Part shown: in pieces, positions 1 through 9,435 of the stretch
How positions within the stretch are numbered: position 1 is the first letter of the stretch
Layout of the letters: each line of letters opens with the position of its first letter
DNA from: Parcubacteria group bacterium
GTDB lineage: Bacteria > Patescibacteriota > Minisyncoccia > UBA6257 > UBA11618
Length of the DNA stretch: 64,000 bases
Assembly: GCA_943357895.1 (NCBI GenBank)
Contig: CALRGO010000002.1
Coordinates: forward strand, 25,926-89,925
Reading direction: 5' to 3'
Program-made: the position numbers and the translations under genes
Notes under the pieces: generated by a model
What the model was told of the DNA's origin: nothing
What the model saw: the letters and a program-made list of their open reading frames with translations, nothing else
Database searches by the model: none

Positions 1-102
1 GGTGCCTACTGTTCCTGCGGGCGGGTTAGCAAGTGTCCACGCACCGAGAAGTACCGACCAAACGGCGATTAATATGAAAGATCGGCGCATTGTTGCATTA
101 TA

Positions 103-807
103 TTAATATGAACAGCACCATACCGGCGCGAGTGTGCATGCGTAGTCGTCGGCAAGCGTGCCGTCCGTGAGTTGTATGCGTCCGTAATCCTGATTAGTGA
201 CGGATCCCGTGTCCGCAAGCCAACCCCATGTGTTTGCCATGGCGAACAAATCGTCATTTCTGGTATTCGCCACGTCGCACCGCACGCCGTTGCGGTTGCC
301 CGATCCGCATACGCCAGCGCCCCGCTCTGCTGCCGAGCATACCCACCAACCTACGGGGCATGCGGCCGCTGATCCTGCCCAGCTCGCGGGCCGCGTGCTA
401 CGGCTTACCTTTACCGTTCTCCCACTTACCGTGCGCGTACATTCCCCCGCGGTATTAATGACGGCAGTCCCTGGCCTGCCTTGGCTCCAGATCCTCGTAG
501 TGCTTGATGTCATCGCCGCGATCTGCGCATCCACGTACGCCTTATTCGCCGCGTCGAGGCTCGATGTGGGGGTAGCTACGTTCAAAATCCTATTATTCGT
601 CATATCAAGCGACTTACGTATGGTCGTCGTGCCGTTCACGTCGAGCGCGGTCGCAGGGGCTGAGGTTTTTATACCGATGTTCATCGCGCTATCACTGAAA
701 AGTCCGCCGAGAGTGATTCCCGGCGTACCGGACGGTGGCGAAGCGAACGTCCATGCGGCAAGTATGCCGGACCATGCGAGTATTAATATAAAAACCTTGT
801 TAGGCAT
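103..807 (-). CDS. secreted protein with phage tail-fibre-like motif and Cys-rich C-terminus
   Basis: N-terminal hydrophobic signal (MPNKVFILILAWSGILAAWTFA); segment ILNVATPTSSLDAANKAYVDAQ resembles conserved tail-fibre/receptor-binding motif; 234 aa ORF. Confidence 0.5.
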   Translation of the reverse strand: MPNKVFILILAWSGILAAWTFASPPSGTPGITLGGLFSDSAMNIGIKTSAPATALDVNGTTTIRKSLDMTNNRILNVATPTSSLDAANKAYVDAQIAAMTSSTTRIWSQGRPGTAVINTAGECTRTVSGRTVKVSRSTRPASWAGSAAACPVGWWVCSAAERGAGVCGSGNRNGVRCDVANTRNDDLFAMANTWGWLADTGSVTNQDYGRIQLTDGTLADDYACTLAPVWCCSY

Positions 808-848
808 CTTGATAAGTGTACCACGGCGTACTACGCTCTAAGGGATAT

Positions 849-2252
849 ATGTCATTAGTTATCCACAACACGCTTACGGGCACGAACGAGATTTTTAAGA
901 AATCAAAGAAGTCTTTAAAGATGTTCGTTTGTGGGCCTACCGTTTATGGGCCGGCTCATATCGGCCACGCGCGAGTAGAAATCACATTTGACGCGTTCGC
1001 GCGGTACCTACGCGAGGCGGGATACGGTCTTACGTATATTCAGAACGTTACGGATGTGGATGATAAGATTATTGTCGCGGCAAAGGCTGAGGGTGTTTCG
1101 CCCGTGGCGCTCGCGCGGCAATTCGAAAAAGAATATATGGCGATAATGAAGATTTTGCGCGTGACGAGCGTAGACCGTAGGGCGCGCGCTTCGGCCTTTA
1201 TTAAAGAGATTCAAGAGCAAATTATACGCTTGCTGCAAAAAGGATATGCCTATGAAACGGAAAACGGCGTGTATTTCGAGGTACGGAAGTTTAAAGAGTA
1301 TGGCGCTCTTTCGGGGCAGGATTTGGATGCTACGCGCCCGCATTACCGCATCGAACCCGACCCCAAGAAAAAAGATCCGCTCGACTTCGCGTTGTGGAAA
1401 AATACCAGCAAGGACGACGGCATTAGTTGGAAGAGCCCGTGGGGCGAGGGTAGGCCCGGGTGGCATATAGAAGACACGGCAATCACCGAAAAGCTTTTAG
1501 GCCAACAGTACGACATCCATGGCGGCGGCTTGGATTTGAAGTTTCCTCACCATGAAGCAGAAATCGCCCAACAAGAAGCCGCGTCCGGCAAGAAACCCTT
1601 CGTGCGCGCGTGGATGCACGTGGGCATGGTGCTTTCGGCGAAGGGTGAAAAGATGTCGAAGAGCCTTAAGAACTTTTTGTTAGTGGAGGACTTCTTAAAG
1701 AAAAATTCCGTGGATGTTTTGCGGTTTATGTTCCTTTCCGCGCATTACCGCTCGCCTATTAATTATTCAGACGGGCTTGTGGAGCAGTCCCGCGCCGCAC
1801 TCGCGACTATCAGCGAATTTTTAGGCAAGCTTGATTTCGTGGCCGTGTCTGGCAAAGCCGGCGCCATTTCGCGCGCCATTTCGAGCGAGATTATAAAATG
1901 CGAAAAATTGTTTACGGTGGCGATGGATGACGACTTTAATACGCCGCAGGCGATTGGCGCGCTTTTTGCGTTTATGAACGGACAGGGAAAATCCGTATGG
2001 ATTTTATCTCGCGCGGAGGCCGTTGCCGTACGTAGCTTTCTCCTTAAAAAACTTTCGGTATTCGGTCTTATTTTTAAAAGTTCTGCGGCGCCCGCATCCG
2101 TGCGCGCATTACTTAGGAAGCGCGAAATTGCCCGTATCGGCAAAGATTTTGCCGCGGCAGACGCGGTGCGCGTAGAAATAGCGAAGGCGGGCTATGCGGT
2201 CGAAGATACGCCTATTGGTCCCCGTATTTTTTCTCTACCCTCTACCCACTAA
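849..2252 (+). CDS. cysS: cysteine--tRNA ligase
   Basis: HIGH motif (HIGHAR) and KMSKS motif present; start taken at internal Met MSLVIHNTLTG typical of CysRS N-terminus (ORF opens at 816). Confidence 0.9.
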   Translation: MSLVIHNTLTGTNEIFKKSKKSLKMFVCGPTVYGPAHIGHARVEITFDAFARYLREAGYGLTYIQNVTDVDDKIIVAAKAEGVSPVALARQFEKEYMAIMKILRVTSVDRRARASAFIKEIQEQIIRLLQKGYAYETENGVYFEVRKFKEYGALSGQDLDATRPHYRIEPDPKKKDPLDFALWKNTSKDDGISWKSPWGEGRPGWHIEDTAITEKLLGQQYDIHGGGLDLKFPHHEAEIAQQEAASGKKPFVRAWMHVGMVLSAKGEKMSKSLKNFLLVEDFLKKNSVDVLRFMFLSAHYRSPINYSDGLVEQSRAALATISEFLGKLDFVAVSGKAGAISRAISSEIIKCEKLFTVAMDDDFNTPQAIGALFAFMNGQGKSVWILSRAEAVAVRSFLLKKLSVFGLIFKSSAAPASVRALLRKREIARIGKDFAAADAVRVEIAKAGYAVEDTPIGPRIFSLPSTH

Positions 2253-2267
2253 TCACTATCCACTCCG

Positions 2268-3620
2268 TTGCCCACGCTTAAAGTCCCGCCGCAAAACATC
2301 GAGGCCGAAGAGGTTGTGCTAGGCGCGATAATGATCGACGCGGATGCCATTATCAAGGTGACGGACGTCCTTGCGCCCATTGATTTTTATTTACCCGCAC
2401 ATCGGCTTATTTTTGAGACGCAGGTTGCGCTCTTTGAACGGCACCAGCCGATAGACATTGTAAACCTCACGAACCGCATGAAAGAGGATGGTACGCTCGA
2501 CCGCGTAGGCGGGGCTTCGTACCTCTCTACCCTCATTGAGGGCGTGCCATCGTCTTCACACATCGTCCACTACGCCGGCCTCGTGAAAGAAAAGCGGGTA
2601 CTTCGCTCTATTATCGAAACGGCGGCCGAGGCGACGGAGGCGGCATTCAATCCGCAAAAGGAAGTCGAGTCCATTTTGGACGACGTCGAGCAGAAGATGT
2701 TCGCCATTTCGCAGGGGTCCGTGCGGCAGAAGTTCGTAGCAGTTAAGGACGAGCTAAAGAACGCCTATGAGCGAATTGAGCGCCTGCAAAGCGGCGACGG
2801 CGCTTTGCGCGGCGTCGGTACCGGCTTCCGCGAACTCGACAGTTGCCTTGGGGGGTTGCAGAAGTCGGACTTGGTAATCGTGGGTGCGCGCCCGTCTGTT
2901 GGTAAGACTACGTTCGTTATGGATATTGCGCGGCACGCTGCCATTAAGGAGGGGGTGGTTGTTGGCGTATTCTCGCTTGAAATGTCGCGCGATCAGGTCA
3001 TTGACCGCCTCATAGCGGCCGAATCGAATGTGGCTTTATGGCGGCTCCGTAACGGCAAAATCCAAGACGATACGGAATTTCAAATGATACAGGCGGGGCT
3101 CGACGTTCTTTCCCGCGCGCCGATATTCATAGACGATACCGCCGGCCCCACAATGCTCCAAATCAAGTCCATGGCGCGGCGGCTCCAGATGGAGCACGGG
3201 CTTGGGCTCCTCGTCGTCGATTATCTTCAGCTCATACAGCCGCGTACTAATAGCGATAATATGGTGCAGCAGATTACGGAAATCTCGCGTGCCCTGAAGG
3301 GCCTTGCGCGCGAACTAAATATCCCCGTGGTCGCGTTATCCCAACTTTCGCGTGAGGTGGATAAACGCGAAGTGAAGATCCCCCGCCTTTCGGATTTGCG
3401 CGAGTCAGGCTCGATAGAACAAGACGCAGACGTTGTTATGTTTTTGTACCGCAAGGACCGCGATAAGCTGAACCCCTCGCCCGAAGAGCAGAACACGGCG
3501 GAGGTGATTGTCGCTAAGCACCGCAACGGCGCCTTGATCAACACGAAGGTTAAGTTCGACCCCGACCGCGTAAGCTTTAGGGATATCGACCACGTGCACT
3601 CGAACAATAACGGTTTTTAA
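2268..3620 (+). CDS. dnaB: replicative DNA helicase DnaB
   Basis: N-terminal IEAEEVVLGAIMID motif, Walker A GARPSVGKT, RecA-like C-terminal domain; 450 aa. Confidence 0.9.
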   Translation: MPTLKVPPQNIEAEEVVLGAIMIDADAIIKVTDVLAPIDFYLPAHRLIFETQVALFERHQPIDIVNLTNRMKEDGTLDRVGGASYLSTLIEGVPSSSHIVHYAGLVKEKRVLRSIIETAAEATEAAFNPQKEVESILDDVEQKMFAISQGSVRQKFVAVKDELKNAYERIERLQSGDGALRGVGTGFRELDSCLGGLQKSDLVIVGARPSVGKTTFVMDIARHAAIKEGVVVGVFSLEMSRDQVIDRLIAAESNVALWRLRNGKIQDDTEFQMIQAGLDVLSRAPIFIDDTAGPTMLQIKSMARRLQMEHGLGLLVVDYLQLIQPRTNSDNMVQQITEISRALKGLARELNIPVVALSQLSREVDKREVKIPRLSDLRESGSIEQDADVVMFLYRKDRDKLNPSPEEQNTAEVIVAKHRNGALINTKVKFDPDRVSFRDIDHVHSNNNGF

Positions 3621-3621
3621 T

Positions 3622-4197
3622 ATGCTCCCCCGTTCTATACAGAAATTCATATCCGCCTTTGCCGCCTTGCCTTCTATCGGGCCGCGACAAGCGACGCGCT
3701 TGGCGTTTTATTTAGTGTCGTTAGGTTCGGCTTCGATAGTCGACATTGCGGATGCCGCGCGGGGCTTGGCGGCGCTCTCGACCTGCCCCGACTGCTTCTT
3801 TTTTTCCGAAGGGCCGGTATGCCCCTTCTGTGGTAACCCTGCACGGCGGAAGGATGTGCTAGCCGTCGTTGAGCGGCCGACAGACGTTATAGCAATAGAG
3901 GCAACTCGCAAGTTCAACGGCGTGTATTTGGTGCTCGGCGAACTTAAAAAGACGGGCGCATTGCAGCCGGAGCAGAAGCTTAAGCTCGAGCGTGGCAAGG
4001 CGCGCGGCCCGTTTAAAGAAATACTCTTAGCGCTCGACCAAACTACCTACGGCGACTTTAACGCGCAGACAATTACGAAAGAGCTTTCGGGCGTTACGGA
4101 AAAAATAACTCGCTTAGGCCGCGGCATCCCCACCGGCGGCGAAATAGAATTTGCCGACGAGGATACCTTGGGGAGCGCTATCGAGAAGAGAAGTTGA
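3622..4197 (+). CDS. recR: recombination protein RecR
   Basis: HhH N-terminus (PSIGPRQATRLAF), C4 zinc finger CPDC...CPFC, Toprim domain; 191 aa. Confidence 0.9.
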   Translation: MLPRSIQKFISAFAALPSIGPRQATRLAFYLVSLGSASIVDIADAARGLAALSTCPDCFFFSEGPVCPFCGNPARRKDVLAVVERPTDVIAIEATRKFNGVYLVLGELKKTGALQPEQKLKLERGKARGPFKEILLALDQTTYGDFNAQTITKELSGVTEKITRLGRGIPTGGEIEFADEDTLGSAIEKRS

Positions 4198-4265
4198 TTA
4201 GAACCGTATCATTATAAAGACGGTCGTCGTTATAATGATATGATCGGGTAGTGCTGAGTAAGCCG

Positions 4266-4414
4266 GCGCGCATATACTTCTCGGGAAACGTCCTCGCTGC
4301 TCTCCTGCGGAGCAGCGGGACTCGCTCTCAGCGGCGCAATCGCCTAAAAAGGCGATACCCAGAGCTGCGCCGCCTCCGAGATGTTCCCGATAAGCATATC
4401 CACGCCGTCTTTCC
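4266..4414. repeat. copy A of a diverged inverted structured element (inverted relative to copy B)
   Basis: Reverse complement shares identical 16-mers ggaaagacggcgtgga and ggaacatctcggaggc plus agctctgggta, gagagcga, gcgcgccggct with 5154-5373; nested hairpins 4331-4373. Confidence 0.5.
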
Positions 4415-4488
4415 GCTATGTCAGCGCCATCTAATTATTGTGGATAACTTTTAACGCCCGTTAGCTGGATTATGCAATACTTAGAAGT

Positions 4489-5125
4489 ATGAATAAAAAA
4501 TTCTTACTTATTTCGATTGCCGCCGGCACCTTGCTTGCGGGGGGGGGCTTCAGCAGATGTCGCGGATTCATATAGAGAATGCATAGATACTACCGATAGG
4601 GCTTATTGTGATGCCTTGTTTCCGAGAGAGTTTGTTTATGAAAATGGATCACGATTTGTTAGGGGAAGAGACGGTTTATATTTTTACGAGTACGTTGATA
4701 TTAATGGAAGGATTGTGCGTGATGAGCGTGCGGGTGCGGGATACCCTACCATAGAGTCTATTGTAGAAGATCTTAGTAGAGGTCCTTCGTTGCCGCCCGG
4801 TCACTATCGGTCTTGCCCTTGCGGACCCGCAACGATTTCTTCGAATTCTTGTGCGTCGTGTCCTCCTGCGTACTTCCCTCCCTCTACTTCAGTGCCTAGG
4901 CCGGAAGATTATATTTATTTAATGCATCGTCCGCGTCCCTTGCGAGTGACTCTCTTAAGTCCTGTAGCCCCCTCAAGGACTAGATATTCCCGTCCAAGAA
5001 TAACCCCCGGCACTCCTCCTAGTGTGAGTATTTTACCAACTTGGCTTCTTCGAAATTTATTAGGCAACTCGCCAACGATGGATAGCGGAAGCGGACTCGG
5101 CCCTCGCTCGGGAGGCGAGCGTTAA
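4489..5125 (+). CDS. secreted proline/cysteine-rich protein, reading frame interrupted by +1 frameshift in a G9 homopolymer (4539-4547)
   Basis: ATG at 4489 encodes signal peptide MNKKFLLISIAAGTLLAGG in frame 1, which stops after the G9 run; ORF 4517-5125 continues in frame 2 as ASADVADSYREC...; removing one G fuses them and gives an AxA signal peptidase site (GGASA/DV). Confidence 0.45.
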
Positions 5126-5153
5126 AGTTGCTTCTAGATTTTTATGTCATCGA

Positions 5154-5373
5154 GGAAAGACGGCGTGGACGTGTTTTGAGGAACATCTCGGAGGCCCGAT
5201 AGCTCTGGGTAATTCGCCGCAGCGAATTTATCGGGCCGAGAGCGAATGCCTTTTTTCCGCAGGTGGGGGCTTTCTCTAAATCCGTCGTACGGATTTAGCT
5301 AGAAAACCTTATGCAAAGCGCAGCGGAGCTAACCTTTAGCTGATGTTTCCGAAAAGCACGTGCGCGCCGGCTG
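5154..5373. repeat. copy B of the diverged inverted structured element
   Basis: See copy A; nested hairpin 5193-5237 (outer stem ggcccgata/tatcgggcc, inner attcgc/gcgaat) has the same architecture as 4331-4373 but different stem sequence; about 80 bp extra insertion with two small palindromes. Confidence 0.5.
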
Positions 5374-5402
5374 ATTAGGTGATGCGTATAATTTTATCAA
5401 TC

Positions 5403-5436
5403 AAAAAACCGGCTCAGGGTTCTGAGTCGGTTTTTT
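5403..5436. terminator. bidirectional intrinsic terminator between convergent genes
   Basis: A6-ccggctcag-ggtt-ctgagtcgg-T6 (one G-U pair); serves rplU on minus strand and upstream plus-strand gene. Confidence 0.6.
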
Positions 5437-5442
5437 CTTTTC

Positions 5443-5754
5443 CTATTTAATACCAGTTATCTCCACTTCGGTGAATTCTTGGCGGTGGCCTTTCTTCTTC
5501 TTATAGCGAGCTTTCGAGTGGTATTTGAATACAATTACTTTGCGTGCCCTGCCTTGCCCTACGAGCTTCGCCGTAACCGTTGCGCCGGTAACGAGCGGGG
5601 TGCCGACGATGACTTTACCGCCGTCTTCGGTTAAGAGAACCTCCTTAAAAATAACGGAGCCGTCGGCTTCGGGCACTATTTTTTCTATCTTCAGTTTTTC
5701 GCCAACGGCCACCTTGTACTGCTTGCCGCCGGTTTTTACAATTGCGAATGCCAT
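5443..5754 (-). CDS. rplU: 50S ribosomal protein L21
   Basis: MAFAIVKTGGKQYKVAVGEKLKIEK... canonical L21 N-terminus; 103 aa. Confidence 0.9.
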   Translation of the reverse strand: MAFAIVKTGGKQYKVAVGEKLKIEKIVPEADGSVIFKEVLLTEDGGKVIVGTPLVTGATVTAKLVGQGRARKVIVFKYHSKARYKKKKGHRQEFTEVEITGIK

Positions 5755-5766
5755 TTCTTTAGGTGA

Positions 5767-6102
5767 TTAGTTAACGGTAATAATACACGATATTGTAATT
5801 ACAATCAAGAGCGCTATAAAGGCGGTTACGGCGCTTGTAATACGCGCAAGGATAGGGTTTCTGCTCACGAGCACGCCCGCAAGGCATGCATTTAAACAGG
5901 TAATAATAGCGCCTGAAAATAACATATGGAGGGCATCATATTTTTCCCCGAGGAAATCCGCTCCCCGACCGCCCAAAAAGTGGATTATGATACGGCCTTC
6001 CGTATTCGCGAGCTTTACGTAATACAGGGAAAAGCCTATGAGGAGAGTGAACGCGGCGCTTGCGAAAAGCGCCGCATCCGCGTTTTTACGTAAATCATAC
6101 AT
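5767..6102 (-). CDS. small hypothetical integral membrane protein
   Basis: Start set at internal Met (MYDLRKNADAALFASAAFTLLIGF...) 4 nt after ddl stop; the longer ORF to 6210 would overlap ddl by about 100 nt; 3-4 predicted TM helices. Confidence 0.4.
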   Translation of the reverse strand: MYDLRKNADAALFASAAFTLLIGFSLYYVKLANTEGRIIIHFLGGRGADFLGEKYDALHMLFSGAIITCLNACLAGVLVSRNPILARITSAVTAFIALLIVITISCIITVN

Positions 6103-6106
6103 ACGC

Positions 6107-7267
6107 TTATTTCCCCCTCCCGAGTTTTTTAGACCAATCCGCGTGCGCAAGAATGCTCGAGGCGAAAGTGGATGTGAAGCCTTTTTTCTTTTTATTTTTT
6201 TCAAGCGCAAGCGTAATAAGCTTCTTTACAAGTTCTGGAAGCGCTACGCCGCTCTTTTCCCATAGGTGGTGGTAGAGTGTCCCTGGCAGAGGGTTGATTT
6301 CGTTCACATATAGTTTTTTTGATTCCTTATCGTAAAGGAAGTCCACGCGCGCGGTACCTGAGCATTCGAATTTTAAAAACACTTCTTTCGCAAGATTTTG
6401 TACGGCGGCCGTCGTCGCTTCTTCGAGCTCCGCGGGGATTATAAGGCTCTGCTTTGCGTTGCCGAGCTGGGCGCCGCCGCCCGAAATATATTTATCTTCG
6501 TACGAAAAAAAGTCTTCGGTAAATACCGATTCTTGCACTAAGGAGGCACGCGGTACGTCGTTGCCTATTACGGCACACGTGAGGTCGCAAACATTCGGCA
6601 CGCCTTCTTCAACTATTACTTTTTCATCGTAGTGGAAGGCGACATCGAGCGCAAAAGAAAGCTCCTTACCATTACGCACCTTAGCGATACCGATGGATGA
6701 GCCAAGTCGCGCGGGCTTTACGAAGAGCGGCCACGCAAGGCCCGTATTTATTTTTGTCACATAATCTTCCTTTTTAGCTTCCCAGTCAGATTTATAGAAG
6801 TAGATGAATTTGGTCGTGGGGAATCCCGCCTGTTCATATAGTTGTTTTGTTAACACCTTATCCATGGCGATGGCGCTTGCCGCTACGCCGCAGCCGACGT
6901 AGGGAATATCGAACATTTCAAAGAGTCCTTGCACGGTACCGTCTTCGCCGTTTTGGCCGTGGAATGCGGGGAATGCGACGTCGATTGTAATTGTTTTCCC
7001 GAATAATCCTTTTTGGTTAAAAACCATTTTTCCGCGGGATGATTCGAGGTCGAGATTCCATTTCGCGAGCGAAGAAAAATCACTTTGTTTTTTAAAGTTC
7101 GCTATATTATGCAGTTCGTCCCCTATGTGCCAGCTACCATCTTTACCAATATAAATTGCATGCGCATCAATACCAGCCTTTTTGAGGCCTGCAAGAATGA
7201 GGTGGCCGGTCAATATTGAGATGTCGTGTTCGGGGTTCTTACCTCCGAAAAATACGCCGATAGTCAT
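6107..7267 (-). CDS. ddl: D-alanine--D-alanine ligase
   Basis: MTIGVFFGGKNPEHDISILTG N-terminus, ATP-grasp fold, adjacent to murF; C-terminal Lys-rich extension. Confidence 0.85.
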   Translation of the reverse strand: MTIGVFFGGKNPEHDISILTGHLILAGLKKAGIDAHAIYIGKDGSWHIGDELHNIANFKKQSDFSSLAKWNLDLESSRGKMVFNQKGLFGKTITIDVAFPAFHGQNGEDGTVQGLFEMFDIPYVGCGVAASAIAMDKVLTKQLYEQAGFPTTKFIYFYKSDWEAKKEDYVTKINTGLAWPLFVKPARLGSSIGIAKVRNGKELSFALDVAFHYDEKVIVEEGVPNVCDLTCAVIGNDVPRASLVQESVFTEDFFSYEDKYISGGGAQLGNAKQSLIIPAELEEATTAAVQNLAKEVFLKFECSGTARVDFLYDKESKKLYVNEINPLPGTLYHHLWEKSGVALPELVKKLITLALEKNKKKKGFTSTFASSILAHADWSKKLGRGK

Positions 7268-7271
7268 TGTT

Positions 7272-8696
7272 TTACAGGTAATTATCTGGCCAATCGTTTT
7301 GGAATAGTACTACGTCCCCACTCTTTAGGATAGCGGGCAACGCCGCATGGGCATCTAGGGCGGTATCGAACCATAGGATACCTTGGCTCTTAAAATCGCC
7401 CGCTTTTAGTCCTTCAGCTATGGCGCCCGTCGCACTGTTTTTAATGAGGATTACGATATCTGCCACCGCGGCGAGATCCGTACCGATCATGCGGTGAATT
7501 TCGGCGCTTCGCGAACCCATCTCTACGAGGCCGGGGGTGACGTAGATTTTACGTTTGTTTTTAAAGCGCGCGAGAACGCGCACCGCTTCACGCGCGCCGT
7601 CCGGGTTGCCGTTATAGCTGTCGTCTATTACAAGTACACCGCTTGCTGCAGTAAACGGTTCAAGGCGGTGTGCTAGGGGGCGGGTCATTGCAACGCCGTG
7701 CGTAATTTCAGCGCGTGTCATACCGAGTGTTTCTGCAACGCAGACGGCGCCCATTATTGTTGCGGGCGCGTAGCCGCCTAGGAGTGGGGTTGAAAGATGG
7801 TATGCCTCCCCATGCGCGTTCGTAAGTGAAAATGACTGCCGCAAGCCGTCCGGTTCGAAGCGGACGTCCGCGATGCCGTAGCGCGGTAGGTCGCCCGTAA
7901 GGTCGCCGTAGAAAATTACCGTACGTCCTTCGAGATTTTTTTCATATTCCCCGCGCACGCGCTTATCTTCGGCATTTAGTACGGCGATGGCTGCGGGTTT
8001 GCTGTGGCGCACAATTTCGAATTTAGCGCTTACTGTTTTTACAAGGCTACCGAATCGTTCCATATGCGCTTCGTTGATGCCCGTCAGCACGGCGACGTCC
8101 GGCGGGGTAAGTGCGCAGAGTTCGCGAATATCTCCTATGTGGTGCGCGCCCATTTCTACCACGAGGACTTCGGTTTCAGCCGATACCTTTTCGAGTATAA
8201 AGCGGGCGATCCCTACGGGGGTGTTTACGCTTTCGGGTGTTGCAAGCGTCGCAAACCGTTCGGTGAGTATTGCGGCGAGTACCGCCTTCATCGTCGTTTT
8301 GCCGTAACTGCCGGTAATAGCGACAACTTTAAGGTTGGGGAATCGCGCGAGCTTATGCCTTGCTTTGTGTAGTATGCGGCCTTTTGCGAACGAGTCGAGT
8401 GGCAACGTTATAAGTACGGCGAGCGCAAGGTAGGTGGGGAAAATAAAAAGGCTTATGAGTGCGAAGATTGCGGCGGCTATAGCACCTGCTAAATAGAGGC
8501 TAATGGCCGTTACGGCCGCGGCCGCGATTATAGCGATGAGTGTTATCGCTTTAAGCTTCGTTGTCCAAACAGCTTTTTGGCGCATGTCGGCGTTAACCGA
8601 ATAGCGGCGTGCCAAAACGCCAAAATAACGCCCAAGGTCGTACTGTTCGAGCTGCAGGAGCGCGATATGGTAGCGGATGAGTCGTGCTGGATTCAT
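7272..8696 (-). CDS. murF: UDP-MurNAc-tripeptide--D-Ala-D-Ala ligase (MurF-like) with N-terminal two-helix membrane anchor replacing the canonical N-terminal domain
   Basis: Mur ligase P-loop ITGSYGKTT, central and C-terminal Mur ligase domains; first ~100 aa are hydrophobic (TLIAIIAAAAVTAISLYLAGAIAAAIFALISLFIF). Confidence 0.7.
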   Translation of the reverse strand: MNPARLIRYHIALLQLEQYDLGRYFGVLARRYSVNADMRQKAVWTTKLKAITLIAIIAAAAVTAISLYLAGAIAAAIFALISLFIFPTYLALAVLITLPLDSFAKGRILHKARHKLARFPNLKVVAITGSYGKTTMKAVLAAILTERFATLATPESVNTPVGIARFILEKVSAETEVLVVEMGAHHIGDIRELCALTPPDVAVLTGINEAHMERFGSLVKTVSAKFEIVRHSKPAAIAVLNAEDKRVRGEYEKNLEGRTVIFYGDLTGDLPRYGIADVRFEPDGLRQSFSLTNAHGEAYHLSTPLLGGYAPATIMGAVCVAETLGMTRAEITHGVAMTRPLAHRLEPFTAASGVLVIDDSYNGNPDGAREAVRVLARFKNKRKIYVTPGLVEMGSRSAEIHRMIGTDLAAVADIVILIKNSATGAIAEGLKAGDFKSQGILWFDTALDAHAALPAILKSGDVVLFQNDWPDNYL

Positions 8697-8822
8697 GGGG
8701 GTTATTATAGCGTATTTTGTTGGTTTTGGCGATTTTTTGACCGACTATTTATTTTATGGCATTATAAGCCCGGTTGTTTCCAAATTTACAAGAATCACAC
8801 GCGTCTTTTCAGGAGTAATATC

Positions 8823-9407
8823 ATGCAGCGAACTGTTAATGATCTTATCAGGCAAGATGTTTTTACTACGGGAGAGATCGCCTTGCTTTGGGATGTTGCG
8901 CCCCGTACGGTTACTAAGATGACTGATCGTACCCACAATCCCTTACCGTCATATCGTATCGGCGATGGTCTTGATAGACGCATGCCTCGTGACACGCTTC
9001 TCATTTTCATGAAGGCGCATCATATTCCCCTTATGCGTTTAGAAGATCCTTCGTTTCCGCGGGTTTTATTTGTTTGTACGAACAAAGACATCGTCGAAGG
9101 ATTTTCAGGGCAGAGCTTCTCGGTACGTTTCGCCGGCAACTTACTTGACGCTGGTATCGAGTTGCAGTCATTTTGGCCCGCATTAGTCATTTTGGATTAC
9201 GATTTCTGTCCTGATGCAGATGTGGTCTGTGCGCAGGTACGGGCGTATCCAACTAATCCCCTCGTTATCGGCATTGGAATGGATATGAATATTCCTCATG
9301 AGTATGTGAATTCATTCATTGATAAGAAGTTAGCCATTGAAGGTTTGCTTCAGGTTGACGTTGGTCGTTTGCTGGCTAAGCGGTACGAAAAGAAAGGTGA
9401 CGAGTGA
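8823..9407 (+). CDS. HTH (excisionase/MerR-like) DNA-binding protein fused to receiver-like domain
   Basis: Start at Met after strong SD aggag (8811-8815); TTGEIALLWDVAPRTVTKM helix-turn-helix; C-terminal RVLFVCTN...LVILDYDF resembles CheY-like receiver; the longer ORF from 8577 overlaps murF and is rejected. Confidence 0.5.
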   Translation: MQRTVNDLIRQDVFTTGEIALLWDVAPRTVTKMTDRTHNPLPSYRIGDGLDRRMPRDTLLIFMKAHHIPLMRLEDPSFPRVLFVCTNKDIVEGFSGQSFSVRFAGNLLDAGIELQSFWPALVILDYDFCPDADVVCAQVRAYPTNPLVIGIGMDMNIPHEYVNSFIDKKLAIEGLLQVDVGRLLAKRYEKKGDE

Positions 9408-9435
9408 AGACCTTCTATCCGCCGGCACATGGTGA

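Noticed and set aside
197-841. 214-aa plus-strand ORF antisense to the tail-fibre-like gene
   Set aside because: Fully overlaps a better-supported minus-strand gene with signal peptide and recognisable motif; composition typical of GC-rich antisense frames.
4251-4454. 67-aa ORF inside copy A of the inverted element
   Set aside because: Arg-rich low-complexity translation of a region whose conservation pattern (compensatory stem changes) indicates structure rather than coding.
8577-8822. Long 276-aa version of the HTH-REC ORF
   Set aside because: Its first 82 codons overlap the 3' end of murF on the opposite strand and precede a strong SD plus ATG at 8823.
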